A stretch of DNA of 63,055 nucleotides, the filler included, from Reticulomyxa filosa (lineage: Eukaryota; Protista; Foraminifera): assembly GCA_000512085.1 (NCBI GenBank). It is 19 parts of 19 records of this genome, joined end to end, with 100 filler letters (N's around TTAATTAATTAA, not from the genome) between each part and the next. Parts side by side here need not be neighbours in the genome. Positions count along the whole stretch, not along the records: positions 23,370 to 25,841 come from ASPP01025647.1; positions 25,942 to 31,128 come from ASPP01012602.1; positions 31,229 to 34,912 come from ASPP01010380.1; positions 35,013 to 39,547 come from ASPP01010551.1; 15 more parts are not named here. One strand, 5' to 3'. The notes below the pieces were generated by a model. That model saw only the letters and a program-made list of their open reading frames with translations, made no database searches and was not told the DNA's origin. Below are positions 24,700-37,634 of this stretch, piece by piece. Numbering within the stretch: the first letter of the stretch is position 1; each line of letters starts with the position of its first letter. The translations under genes and the position numbers were made by a program.

Positions 24700-25420
24700 T
24701 TACACTCTAATATCACATGCGCTATTTGTTGTTACCACCATGGGTATGTCTTCGTTTGCCTTTCTACTTTCTTATCTATAGTTCTCTTCCAATTGAAGTT
24801 TGGGTTCCCATATTTCCTATTTCTACTACTATTGCGCTTCACTTACTATTCACTTTTGTTGCTGTGCTTTTTTCCACATTTAGCTGGAGTTTCCATTCTT
24901 TGCAGTATTTATTGATTACTTCAAGGATTTTTCAACACTTTGTCTCGAGTTTTTCTATGTGGTTAAGTCATCTGTATACATTAGGCATTTATGTACTCTT
25001 ACCCTATACATATCCTGATATTTGGATACCTCATTGATCTTTTTGATTAGCTAGTCAATGTACACATTGAACAATAGTCCACTCGTTGAGTAGCCTTGGA
25101 CGTTACCCCCTCCCCCCCTTTACAGGTACTGGTCTTCAGTAGCATCCATTTATTTCTGGGATCACACTTCCTTCCCTCTGCCTGCCCATTATGTTCTTGT
25201 TCCGTTTCTTGTATTTCTTTCAATATTTTATTGTACTTGTCTTTTATTTCCAGGTATCCTTCTTCTTCCTCATCATCGTTTGCACTGTATAGTTTCTCGT
25301 AATACTTCATTATGATTTCCATTCTTTCAGTCTCTTGTACTATCACGTTGCCATCATTGTGTAGCGGGAACTATCCATCGATGTCCTCCTTTCTTATCCT
25401 TTTGAACATCAAGGTTTCCT
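24700..25420 (-). mobile_element. Degenerate non-LTR (LINE) retrotransposon ORF2 fragment
   Basis: On the minus strand: linker-like NDGNVIVQETERMEIIMKYYEKLYS, RT motif GNVQGYSTSGLLFNVYID (~25050-25110), KCLMYTDDL (YxDD at 24967-24978) and ILEVINKYCKEWKLQLNVEKS. Contains stops and frameshifts. Confidence 0.8.
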
Positions 25421-26045
25421 TAGAATTGCAAAGCTATAAACTGTTCCCAGATTATATTCTAGTCGAAAATGGAGAACTTGACTGATATTTCAAAAGTGAA
25501 AACTGGCACTTCTTCAAAGTCTTTGGATACTCAGCATTCTCACGACAGAATTGGTTCAAGATTATTAGGCAAAACACAAAATATCCAAAATGAAAGAAAA
25601 TCTTTTGTAAATTCATTTTTCGTGAAGATTATTCCACAAATATGCAAGTGGTTGCATCTCATATATCTCACGTTCATCCTTTGAACCTGGAACCCCTCTT
25701 CGACAAAACTCATTCGTTAGTTAGACCTTTCCTTATAGTTCGAAGTTAAATTCATCCCCGATAGAAGATTTCACAAGTAAAACTGTTGAAAGAAATACAG
25801 AGTTGTTGCTGCATTCTTTAGGCAACAGTACTTGCGATTTTNNNNNNNNNNNNNNNNNNNNNNNNNNNNNNNNNNNNNNNNNNNNTTAATTAATTAANNN
25901 NNNNNNNNNNNNNNNNNNNNNNNNNNNNNNNNNNNNNNNNNAACCTCACATATGATTGACAACAACAATAAAAAAAAAAAAAGTGGATCGATTTTTGTGA
26001 AGCACAAAAATGTTGTGTTAACAATCGCAAAAAAAAAATAACAGC

Positions 26046-29000
26046 TGTGCAAGCACTTTAATCAACTAGATCGTGATGTGCACGGAAAGATAACGGACTC
26101 TATTTTAGCCTTTCTAATGCAATTCAAAGACGACTCTGTGAGAGTCGAATACTTACAAACAAAAACATGCTTTTTTTTTTTCTCTCCCTTCCCTCAAAAA
26201 ATTTTTGTTTAAGAAGGAGGGATCGCTGTTGTCGTCTGAATGTAATTGATTTTTTTTTCTTCCCCACTTCAAATAAATTTTTTTACTGAGTACAGCAAAA
26301 GCATATACGAATCCAATTGGAAATTGGTTTAGCGTATGTCTTCATTCAAAGACCGGATTGGCGTGACGCAGTGCAACATTTGGTGCAAAAGTTGGCAACA
26401 GCAGACACGATGTGGCTGTTGCTGGAGATCTTAACGATCTTGGCCGAAGAGGTGTTTGATTGGAAAATTCCATTAAGCGACAAACTGAGGGCTGCTGCCA
26501 AACAAGTCATCTTTTTGTTTATTTATTTATTTTTTTGTTTTATCCATAATGCTTTTTTTTTTTCGAAAAAAAGAATTTAGAAAAACATGCCACGAATTTA
26601 TTAAAAATGCTGGACATGCTGTTTCAAAAGACCGAAGGACATCGAACTGGTTTGCAATGTGCGGTAAAAATTGTGTTTGTTTGCTTGTGTGCTAAAACAT
26701 AGTTATATTCGTTGATTGTTTATTTGACTGATTGATTGATTGGGGTTTAATCTGTGATTGAATCGGTCCGAACATGCAATGATGCGAAAGGTATTCAAAT
26801 GCTTCCGTTCGTGGCTGTACCTGATGGACAAAATGAACGAGTACTTGTCGGAACATTCCAAACTAACAACCTATCTGTTCCAAGCGTTGAAAAAAGAAGA
26901 GCTATTCGTTGTCGCTGCTGGCTGCATTTGCAAAGTTTATTTATTGAGTACACTCAAAAATTCACTTTTTTTTTTTTTTGGGATTGGGGGGTGCACTATG
27001 GAGTAGCTTATCCAGCTACAAGCGCGACCTGGACAATTGAACAATGAAAGCGAGGTTGTATACCCACCGCAGCAAGAAACTTGGAAGAAATCGTTTTCTT
27101 TTCTTGTACCCCAAGTGATTGACACATTGCCAATGTTCAGTTTCGTTATTATTCTTACGATTATTATCATTATTTATTTTATTTGGATTTTAAAAAAAAG
27201 AGGGTAAAGAAACAAAGTTGAATCGAATGTTTTACAGAAGCGGCACTAAAAGAAGGAACAAATGGAATAGAGAAGGTGGAACATCTTTCCAAAATTTACG
27301 TTCACACTGCAGACGTATACTTGGAATGGATATTGCAAGTTTTGCAATTAAGAAAAAAAAATTTCTTTTTTTACTTTTCTTTTGTATACGTATGTACATG
27401 TGTCGCATTATTCCAAAAGATATTTTTTTGTTGGATGAAAGGACAGTGACAGAAGATCGCGACAGTTGATTGGCGTGTTGTTGGAAACTCTGAAAGTGCA
27501 CGAAAGTATCCACATACGCGCGTACCCGCTAATGTTTTGGGATCATTTTTTGGACCCGTTTATAATCGAAGTGAAGGGGATGAAAGTAAGTGAGGACGTC
27601 GATGACTTTGGCAGCGATTTTATACGTAATTGGGAGGGGTGGCCCAAGTGGTTCATTGATAACGTAATCCCACAATTGACAATGGCGATGCTGTCCAACT
27701 GTAAATGGCCAAACAACGTGGATGACCAAAACCAAGACCAAGATCAAGATCGCGAGCAAAACATAGCCGTGCAACTGGACTTGATCCACTCACATCGATG
27801 GGAATGCAGTGACATTATCGCCAAAATCGCCAAAATCATTGGTTTGCGACGGCTGCTTCAAGAGTTGTTCCACATGTTGACACCGCTGGTAAATGTTCCA
27901 AATCCTTCCCCCAAAGTATATGCGCAGATTGAAGCAATTCTATTTGTAATACGTACCAATTACAAAATGTACGAAGTTCCTGTTGCAGATGAAGACTATC
28001 CCTTAAAACAAGCTTCGTCTTTTTTTTGTATACGTCATATTTATACATTTATATAGTGTAATTTGTTTTTTTTTTGGAAATAAAATATTCGTCAATTAAT
28101 TGTTTATTTTTTTTTAGATATTTCAGATAATCCCACGGTTGGAAAGCAGCCACTTTCGCACACGATGCGCAGCAATCTCATTGATTGCACGGCATGCAAA
28201 CAGTCTAAACATTGGAGAGGAACTGTTTGATAAGTGCATGAAGTACGTATGTCAAGGACTGGGAGATGTCCGCGTGAGCAATGATGCCGCCAATTGCATT
28301 CGATGCGTATGCGAGGAATTTTGCTTTGAAGAGGTCTTTGTTCAGCGCTACTGGAATACATTGATGCAAGTGTACGAGCAATCGTTTCGTCTACCTATTC
28401 AGGATGCATGTGAAATTACGCAAGGCTTGACACTCATCGCTTGCGGCTTGGGCAGCTATGATCATACCCAACGTTGTCTCCAATCCATCTTGGACACTCC
28501 CGTCAAATATCTGACCGAAATGATCAAAACCCAAGCCAAAGATATGCGGAATCAAAAAGAGCAAATCAAAGTGTCTTTATTAGATGTCTTGAAACGAATC
28601 TCCGTCATTTGGAAGTTTTGCAGCTTTTCGGCCCAAGTTCCTCTTCACACCAAAGATGAGATGGATCAAGTGCCATTGTTGTCCTTGTTCTTCCGAAAAT
28701 TGTGGCCCTTTTTTAAAATCATTTTGCAAACATATAAAGTTATCATGCAAAAAAAAATTCCAAAAATTATGTGCACATATATTATATATGCATACATATA
28801 CATATATATCAAACCAAAAGAATGATGACGAACTGATGGAAAGAACTACTCGTATTGTGAAATACACAATACAAAAACAACCAATGACTTTTGTAAAACG
28901 CAATGAAAAGGACTTCGTTGACATATTAGAGACAGTCACTCAATTGTTCCAGCAATCTCCAAGATCGTATGTTATTTAATTACTTACTTTTTTTTTAATG

Positions 29001-30028
29001 AAAAAAAAACACATTTAAAGTTGCTGCCATTTTTTGGTACTATGTGCTTTGCTTTTGAAAAGGTGCTTATTGTACGTTGTGTCAGTATATATCGACGAAT
29101 ACGGACAATCAGTAATGTCCAATAATCACTTGATCAACTGTTTGTTTAAAGTATCAAAAACAACGTTAACGCTGTTGTCAAACAAATCAAAGTTATCGTG
29201 TTGTCAAAAAATAAATCAAACATTACATTAAAAAAAAACAACACTAAAACATTGACAAAACAAACACAATAAATAATAATGATGGTAATGAATAATTAAG
29301 ATTTGAAGATTATCCAGATGTCGTCGAAGACTACTTTGAATTGATTGTACAGTTCATTAAACATTTTCCTCAACTATTTTTGCAAAATACATCGTTGGTG
29401 GAAACAATATTTACCAGGGGTTTGGATGGGCTGTTAATACAACATGATAAAGCATTACAATCCATTTGTCGATTCTATACTTGTTTCATCGCTTTGGCAC
29501 GAGTTTTGTTGGATAGACGGGAAGACTCACAGCGTAGTGAACGTTTCGCCATTGATATGACTGAAGCTACCTCCAGTGTCAATCCCAAAAGTTCATCTAC
29601 GGCGATTGAAACAATCAAAAAGGGAGAATTTGTTTGTAAGTTGTTGCGTGACCACGGAAGGCAATTAGTGTTGCAAATTTTGAAAGGTTTAATGTATGAA
29701 GTATTTCAGCCTTCGGTGAGTCATTTGGAACAGATCCTAGAACAAATGTTTCAACTAGACAAAAATATGTTGTGTGATTTTATGACATATTGTCTGAAGC
29801 AGTTAAGTAATAATCTTTGCGTTATTTTTATCTGCACAATAAATTTATTACTTAGGTTTTTTTTCTTGCTGATCTAGGAATAGTGAACTTAATGTACAAA
29901 CTGAAGATCCATCCCCACAAGAATTTTTCGAAAGATATTCTCTATCAAAAGGACGACAAGAACGTCAAGATTGTGTGCTTGATCTTTGGAAGGCCTCAGA
30001 GCGATATTTGTTGCGAACAAAATATTAG
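26046..30028 (+). CDS. Transportin-3 (transportin-SR/MTR10)/importin-13-like karyopherin-beta, multi-exon, 5'-truncated
   Basis: QLEIGLAYVFIQRPDWRDAVQHLVQKL..LLEILTILAEEV near the N-terminus and YPDVVEDYFELIVQFIKHFP..LDGLLIQHDKALQSICRF near the C-terminus resemble TNPO3 HEAT repeats. The last exon ends at TAG 30028. Confidence 0.75.
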
Positions 30029-30299
30029 CTTTTTATTTCTCAACTATTTCCAAAATTGTGCAAGGCTTGAATAACTAAAGAAAGTGCTTTGCGTTCATTA
30101 GGAACAAATACACACAATTAAGACACATGTTAACTACGCCATCTTTAAATATGGTTTTGATTTGATTTTTATTTCATAATTATGAAATTTACAAATTTTT
30201 TTATATTAAAAAAAGAGTTAATAATCGAAACAAACAAACTGTGAATAAATGTTCTATAAATATTTTTTAACTGATTTTCTCTCTAATAAATAAATTTAA

Positions 30300-31039
30300 C
30301 CAAAGGCTTTAATATTTATCATTTAATTTGTTCTGGGTCAAATGATAATACAGTTCGTGTATGGAATGCAGAGACTGGCGGACAAATTCAATTATTCAAA
30401 GGACATTCGAATTTTGCACATTGTGAAATTTTCAGGATATCATTATCCTAAGTATTGTCGTAGTGTCATTTGTTCTTCATCAAAACTATTTGTTTTTAGG
30501 ATTTTAAGATGATTAACAATATCGACTATTCAATGAACACAATGATAGTTTATGACATTGAATTTTCATCATTTAGTAGTGATAGCTATTTGTGTTCTGA
30601 ATCTAGACACAAAACAATTCGTTTATGGGATATTGAAACAACAAAATAACTCATTGCGTTTGAGATGATAGGACTATTAGTATAAAATATGGACAAATGA
30701 AATAAGAGACATTGATAGTGCAAATACAATATTATCTGGATCAATAGATAAAAGTGTTCGTTTGTGGGATATTCGATCTGCTTAACAAATTCAATTGTTC
30801 AATAGACATACGCGTCATGTATATGCTGTTGAGTATTCGTCATTTATAGTAAGCAATATTGAGATTTGTGGTATTCAAATGTGATATACTCTGGACCAAG
30901 TGATAAAACAATTCGTTTTTGGGATATTTGTTCAAATAGAATGATTGTATTATGGAAGAAAAGAATATTTTATCTTAAATTTATAGAATGAAAAAAGAAA
31001 GTAAGTAACAATGAACAAAATTTAAGTGGTATAGTAGTA
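30300..31039 (+). pseudogene. WD40-repeat pseudogene (paralogue of 45113-46070)
   Basis: Fragments ICSGSNDNTVRVWN, KTIRLWDIET, NTILSGSIDKSVRLWDIRS and DKTIRFWDI, with many stops and frameshifts. Close nucleotide similarity to 45113-46070. Confidence 0.85.
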
Positions 31040-31128
31040 CAGTATATTGCAAAAAAAACTGCAATACTTAAATGGCACTATATGAAGAGAATTAGATTTT
31101 CTCCATGAAAAATAAGATTTAAACATAA
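31038..31128 (+). mobile_element. Left end of a Tc1-like element
   Basis: TA|CAGTATATTGCAAAAAAAACTG matches the TIRs at 5097-5121 and 5197-5220. WD40 homology stops at this point. Confidence 0.55.
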
Positions 31129-31282
31129 NNNNNNNNNNNNNNNNNNNNNNNNNNNNNNNNNNNNNNNNNNNNTTAATTAATTAANNNNNNNNNNNNNNNN
31201 NNNNNNNNNNNNNNNNNNNNNNNNNNNNTTTTTTTTTTTTTTTTTTTTCCCCTTCCTTCTTTCCTTCTTTCCTTATTATTCT

Positions 31283-31912
31283 ATGGTGCTGCATCTCGCG
31301 ATAGCCGAGCCAATAACATTAGAGCTAGTGAACGCAAGATCGATATCGTCAGAAATGGCCTCTACCCATTTGCTGGATGGCGCGCGTAGTGAACGACTAG
31401 TTCTGAGCGTGTCGCAACTGGATGTGGCTCCACCTATGCCCATCGAAGACAGCGTCAGCGTGCTGGACGCAATTGTGACGGCCGAGTCGAAGCACTTGCA
31501 AGTCACCAAACGAGACGACGTCCCCATTGAACAGATTATAATGAGTGCCTCCAAAACGGGCAACCCGGTGTTGCCAACCGAAGATAGTGTAAGTGTCAAC
31601 GACAGTCGTCCGGATTGGACTGAGCTCAGGGACAATCGAAACACTCTCAACTATAGCAACATTGTGCCTGCACAACCTCAGATATCTTTAGACTTGAGCG
31701 CCATTTTGGAGGTATCCATCAACGACAAAAAGTTCTTATCGAATTTGCCTGTTCTCACTGATCAAAATAGTGATAATGTTAGTGTACATAAAAAAGGTGA
31801 CAATAGTAACGCACACGAAAACAGTGATAAGGCTCCTGCTAACGAAAGTAGCGATAAAGCCATTGCTATTCAATCCACTGAACAAAATAAACCCAATGAA
31901 GGAACATTATGA
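31283..31912 (+). CDS. Hypothetical protein, probable last exon
   Basis: 209-codon GC-richer ORF following a polypyrimidine tract. No family recognised. Confidence 0.5.
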   Translation: MVLHLAIAEPITLELVNARSISSEMASTHLLDGARSERLVLSVSQLDVAPPMPIEDSVSVLDAIVTAESKHLQVTKRDDVPIEQIIMSASKTGNPVLPTEDSVSVNDSRPDWTELRDNRNTLNYSNIVPAQPQISLDLSAILEVSINDKKFLSNLPVLTDQNSDNVSVHKKGDNSNAHENSDKAPANESSDKAIAIQSTEQNKPNEGTL

Positions 31913-33194
31913 ACCCACTCACGCTACATACACACGAACATCAAACGAGGTATAACGTATTTGTGCAGATTCTCTTCTTGTTTTTGTTGTTTTTTGGTAT
32001 TAACTTCTTCCAAACATCAAATGGCCTGGAAATGTTCTTTTGATCCTTTTCAAAAACAAATGCTCCACGGTTGATTGTCTGGACCAAACATTTTCATTAG
32101 TTTTTTATTTCTCTTCTTTTCTTCAATATTTTGTAAACTATGTTTACTTGCTTTCAGTACTTGCTAATAAAGGTCTTTGCTTTGGTATTTGTTAAGAAGT
32201 AATTTATTGAAAACTGGAAATTATACATCTTTTCTGTTCCACTAGAAAAGTTATTTTTACTTTGTACTTTAGTAGCTATGCACAAAACATACTATTGTAA
32301 ATGGCATTACACGCGAATACAAAAAGGTCTAATGAAATAAATTTATTTTTAGGTTCATCATGATATATTAATTTAAAATGAACAAATTGCTAATTTTTGT
32401 ATTTGTTCGTTTTAGTGATATCTTTTTTTTTAGCTACATATTGTTTTGAATAAAAAAGTAAATATTTGATCAAAAGTTATTGTGCATTACTGCAAGACAG
32501 ATTCGGATTTAATTCCAAAGAAATATTCAAATATGACATGTTGAACAGTGTACACTATTGTTTATATTATAAAGATAATTTCTAACAATATAATGCAACT
32601 TGCCACAAAACTTAAAACATAATGAATTACATTATGTTGCAAAAAAGCTTGCATACTTGGCATCATCTTATAAATAGAATATATTTTTTAAATGAAAAAT
32701 AATCGTTTAAAACTAATTTTTTGAAAAATATATACAAATCTTGTCATTTTTAAATATGAAATTGGTTTGATCAAGGGTATCATTTTTTCATATGACTTTT
32801 GAAATTTCGCATGAACGCATATAAATCGAAAATGTACTTCCAACACGAATATTTCTAAGAAAGAAACAAAAAGATTAAAAAATTTCAAGTAGCATGGAAC
32901 TTTTTAAAAATATTCGTAGTCTTTAAAAAAATTTAACTTTTAAAATTGAACTTGTTGAATTTTTTAAATAGTTCTTGTTTTGTATTAATTTTTTTACATT
33001 TGCATAATTTTATTTTTATTATCTACCAAAGGTTTTCAACTAGTCAAAATTTGGATAAGTAAGTGCAATTTTATTAATTTTACATCACTTTCTTCAAATT
33101 AATTCATATTTCTTCAATCTTGTGAACTTGTAAGTATCTAAAGTGAAGTATAGTTTTTTATTTAGTAATAACTAAGACTTGAAGTTGAATAGAT

Positions 33195-33808
33195 TATATA
33201 CGATTACAAAAAAGATAAAACCGAAACTAACTGAAGAACATAAAGCAAAGCGCCTTAATTTTATCGATGAACACAAAATTAAACTGTATATGATTGGAAA
33301 AAGCTGTATTTTGGAAGAAATAAAAGTTAATTTGTGAATTCACTGCATGTGGAAAAAGAAGAACATAATATTAGTTATAGAGAAGTTTAGAAAAGTCAAG
33401 GTTTGGTGAGTAGCATCATGGCGTGTGAGTGCTTTGGTGCTAAAGGCGTTGACATTCTTGCAAGATTGAAGTAGACGTTAATTGCAAAATCTATAAAAAA
33501 ATATTTTATGATGAAATGTTAAAAAGCATTCAATACTGCTTACAAACTGATTGTTTTTACAAGATAACACAAAACTCCACAAATACAAAGCAGCAAATAT
33601 GTTCATTAAACAAAACAGAATGAGCGTGATTAAGTTCACTACAAATTTGCATGATCTAGGCAATAATCAAAACAAAAACTAGCACCATAAATATAGAAAA
33701 ATTTGGAAAAAAACGGTAAAAAGTATTTTAAAATATATACAAAAGCTTAATTAAATGCCAAAACAAATACAAGCTATTATTGACATCAAACGAAAGTTAA
33801 CAAAGTAA
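33195..33808 (+). mobile_element. Tc1/mariner DDE transposase pseudogene
   Basis: KKIKPKLTEEHKAKRLNFIDEH..DWKKLYF..EEIKVNL, SIMACECFGAKGV, FLQDNTKLHK..HDL and MPKQIQAIIDIK..TK* follow the Tc1 motif order (KPLL..RL.FA..H, W..V.FSDE.K, VMVWGCF, QDNAP.H, PDLN, SMP.R..AVI). Contains stops and frameshifts. Confidence 0.8.
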
Positions 33809-34244
33809 CAATAGATAATATTTAAAAAAATTTTTAAATTGTAAAGGAAAAAATTGTTTAACCTAGAATGACTTATTTAAAAGCCAGCATCATATTTTAA
33901 AACTTCAACATTTGTATATATTTTTAAAAAATTATGTCTAAATGTTGTTTTTTCATTGAGAAAATCAACAAGTAGTATATTCGGTCTGTCAGTGTTGTAA
34001 TTCTGTATATGTTAATTGTGTAAAATTAATTAGAATTATGCAGCGAATTTAACATTTAATTCTTCAATTGTAACTTCAAATATTTAAACTGTTATTATAT
34101 CTATGATATGACACTGAACTGACTGTTTACTAGTTGTTAAGATACGACACCAAGGGGATCCTGTTTTAGAAATCGTGAGAGTGCAGGGTCGGTACTAACA
34201 AAGATTTAGTCCAGTTCTCATATAAAACAGTAAGGAGAGACAGA

Positions 34245-34792
34245 ATGTATGATGATATTATTCATTTGGCAATGGATCAGCAATTGCTGACCGAAATAAG
34301 AGAAAGAGACGTTGTAAACTATAAAAAACTACCTTTGTGGAAGGAATTACAAAAGTCAGGCGATACAACAGAACTGGAGCAAAAATTGTCAGGAGAAAAG
34401 CAATTGACATTTGAAAACATATTTTTTAAAGAGCCTGTTGGGTATCATTTGATGAAATCCTTTTTGATCAACGAGCACAGTGTGGACAAGGCAGTGTTTT
34501 TATCAGATGTGGAGGTACGTGTGACCAAACAAAAACTTTGAGGGAAAAAAAAAAATCTTTTGAGTGGGGTGGGGCGGACGGGTGACGGGTTTGGGAATAA
34601 CTCAAAAGGTATTCAAAACATTGCAAGATCCAAGAGCACGCGAACAAGTATCACACAAGATATTTGAGCGTTTTTGCGCGGCACAAAAAGAAGAGGATAT
34701 ATGGAACCCATCATCGCGCAACAAGGGGTTGTCAGTGTTTGAAAAAGTGAACGAAGATGAAAAGGATGAGGAGAAAGAGGCTAACAAAGCAG
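34245..34792 (+). CDS. G-protein-coupled receptor kinase-like N-terminus (RGS-homology domain), 3'-truncated
   Basis: Exons 34245-34514 and 34609-34792 splice in frame. An N-terminal helix (DIIHLAMDQQLL) and LTFENIFFKEPVGYHLMKSFL..FLSDVEVFKTL..R.QVSHKIFERF resemble the GRK RH domain. The kinase domain is not in the contig. Confidence 0.65.
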
Positions 34793-35139
34793 GTGTTATA
34801 TACATATACATATATATATATTATGTATATATAAATTGTTATTATTTTTTTTGGTTGTAGTGTGTAGCATACAACTAAACCATACACTATGCTGTATCTT
34901 TTTTTTTTTTTTNNNNNNNNNNNNNNNNNNNNNNNNNNNNNNNNNNNNNNNNNNNNTTAATTAATTAANNNNNNNNNNNNNNNNNNNNNNNNNNNNNNNN
35001 NNNNNNNNNNNNCTATGACCTTCAATGATCAAAAAAAAAAAAAAAAAGAAGTGATTGATTAGACAAAATGAAAACAAACAAACAAACAAACAAACAAACA
35101 AACAAACAAACAAACAAATAAAAAAAGAAAAAAAAGCAG

Positions 35140-37634
35140 ACGCAAAAAAAACAACCAATTCTCAAAACAAAACACTAATAATTGACATATCACATATGGC
35201 TTGTTCACTGGCGGTGGTCGAGGCCAAACTCACTCGTGGCCGTACAGACATTGTGCGAAGTTAGATATAGAAAATTCAACACTTGTGTTTGTCTTTACGT
35301 CACTATGTAATCTATTCTACTCTGTTGTATAAGCGTAGATGCAATTTTTTTTTGATTTATTGAATAAATAAAAATATACATATACATATATATATATATG
35401 TATATATTGTTATATTTATTGTATGTATATGTACATATACATATACATATATATATGTATATGCATATGTGTATGTATACATATACATATATGTTGACTA
35501 TATGTGATGTGATCAAACATAAAAGCGCATATAACCGGTGGGAATGACTTGAGTGGTGTGAACTCAATACTGAACGAATTGTCTTTACATGTAATAACCC
35601 GCTTTGTGGAGCAATACCAACGCTATCATGAAGATGTGTCGTACTTGTCGAGCGCACTCAACGGGTCAGAAAGTGAAGTGGAGAATAAGAGTGAAATGGC
35701 CAATGGTGGCAATCACGGCATGGATGGACACAGTCTCGGACATGGCACGAAAGACAACAGTTCGAAGGGCATGAATGGAACCATGTCCGTGACTTATAAT
35801 GCACAGCATCGAACTGACTTAAACAATTCGGGAGCTGTCTCTGCTTCTGCCCCTGCTTCTGCCTCCGCTTCTTCTTTCGACAAAGCGCTATCTCCGGTAA
35901 TCGAGGTCAATGTCGGACACTCATTGAAAAAAGAAGCACACAACGCCAGCAAACTAGGCTCGTCCAATGATTGGAGGAATGCCAATCTGCATACCCCGCA
36001 CTCGCAGAAGCCGAATGACACGGTGCATCCCAGTCATGACGACCATGCCATGGCCACACAAAACAAGCGCCGATTGTCCAAAGACGCCGAGACCGCAAAG
36101 GACCACAGACCCAAACATCACAAAAAACTGTCAATGGCAGATCGCATCTTAGCACAATACAGCTCGTTGACCACGCTGGAGTTGTCCGACGACCAGACCA
36201 TGGACGACGGTCATGACACTTTATCTAATGGGCAGTCCTTTGAAACTGCCAATGGCAAAACGGGCCCTCACAAACAACCGGAGGAACCGCTTGTTACCCA
36301 TTGGAGGAGGCAGTCTTTGCTGGATGAAAATAAAGAGCTGGTATGTGCAAAATAACAAATTTTTTTTTAAAAAAAAAAGTGAATTAAATTGAATTGTATT
36401 AAATTATCAAAAAAAAAAAAAAAAAAAAGTGGAATGAAGATAGCAATGAAGAAGATGGAAATGAGGACAACAATAACAGCGATGAAGAACAAAAAGCATT
36501 TCAACAAACGATCGAAGAAAAGAAAAGAAACGAAGCAATGAAATGCCGTTTTCGAGCGCGTATGATATGCTCCAATGTGCTGGAACATTTGCACGATAAA
36601 TATCTACGGGACATTTCTTTGCACTACGATCGCTTTTACGGTGACTATTCACTACATTTAAGCATGAAATTAAAGACTTTACAACAGCTCATTATTGAAC
36701 CTTTTATTTTTGAAATTCGACAACAAATTGATCTGGTGCTCACACATACACTCTTTTTATATATACATATGTATATGTATATGTATATATGTATACGTGT
36801 GATTAGCTTCAAATAACATTTATTCTAATCAACTTTTTTTTTTTTTTTTTTCCAAACTACAGTTGTTACAAGAAACCACCGAAATCGACGTCAACGAGGT
36901 CAATACCTGCATTGTGACCGGAGATTGCGCAACAATTCCATCTGTGCTTGATTGCATCCAAGAATATTTCGATGTGAACAATGAATTCAAGAACGACCCC
37001 GTCGTTTCTTATGGTTGTGCTTTGGTTTGTGCAACTGATCAAGGTATATCAAAAAACACATACACAGATGCATATCTCGACAAAGAAACAATGTCTCTTT
37101 CTCATCTCGCTGAAAATAAAGTTAATTGTTTTTTTAAAAAAAAACAAAAAAAAACAGAGTTGACGTCACAACCATTGAGCTTCGAGAAGTTGCCAATGAC
37201 AATAAAATTATTGGATCCACTCACTGAAAACAAATTGCAAGTGGTTTTGGCGAAACATACCTCGTGTCCTTGTAAAAAAATACAGCTGATGACAACCTGG
37301 ATGGATGACCAAACTGGTATGCTGTTGCCAAAAATCTCTATTAAATTTCCAAAAAAAAAAATACTTTGCTTGTTGTTTCTTTTTTAAATCCCAACTGCTG
37401 TTCTTCAATTTCACAGAGATTCGGTTGAAGTTTTATGAAGGTGAAGGAACGAAAGCATTGCAGTGCAATTTTATTGGTGAGTACCGAATACGTGGAATTA
37501 CTCCTCGAAAAGCTGGGGTTCCACGAATTACCTTAATATTAAATATTGACAGAAATTGCTTGTTTGTTGTCAGTGCAGAAGATACCACTGATCCTTCCTC
37601 CCCTATTCCGCTCGTCATTGCCAGGGGCACATAA
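35140..37634 (+). CDS. Highly divergent Hsp70-family protein, C-terminal part, lacking the helical lid
   Basis: Segments are colinear with Hsp70: TLIIDISHMACSLAVV, CIVTGDCATIPSV..IQEYF..DPVVSYGCAL, and the substrate-binding domain TSCPCKKIQLMTTWMDDQTEIRLKFYEGE..IGEYRIRGITPRKAGVPRITLILNIDRNCLFVVSAED. The stop follows soon after. Confidence 0.75.
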
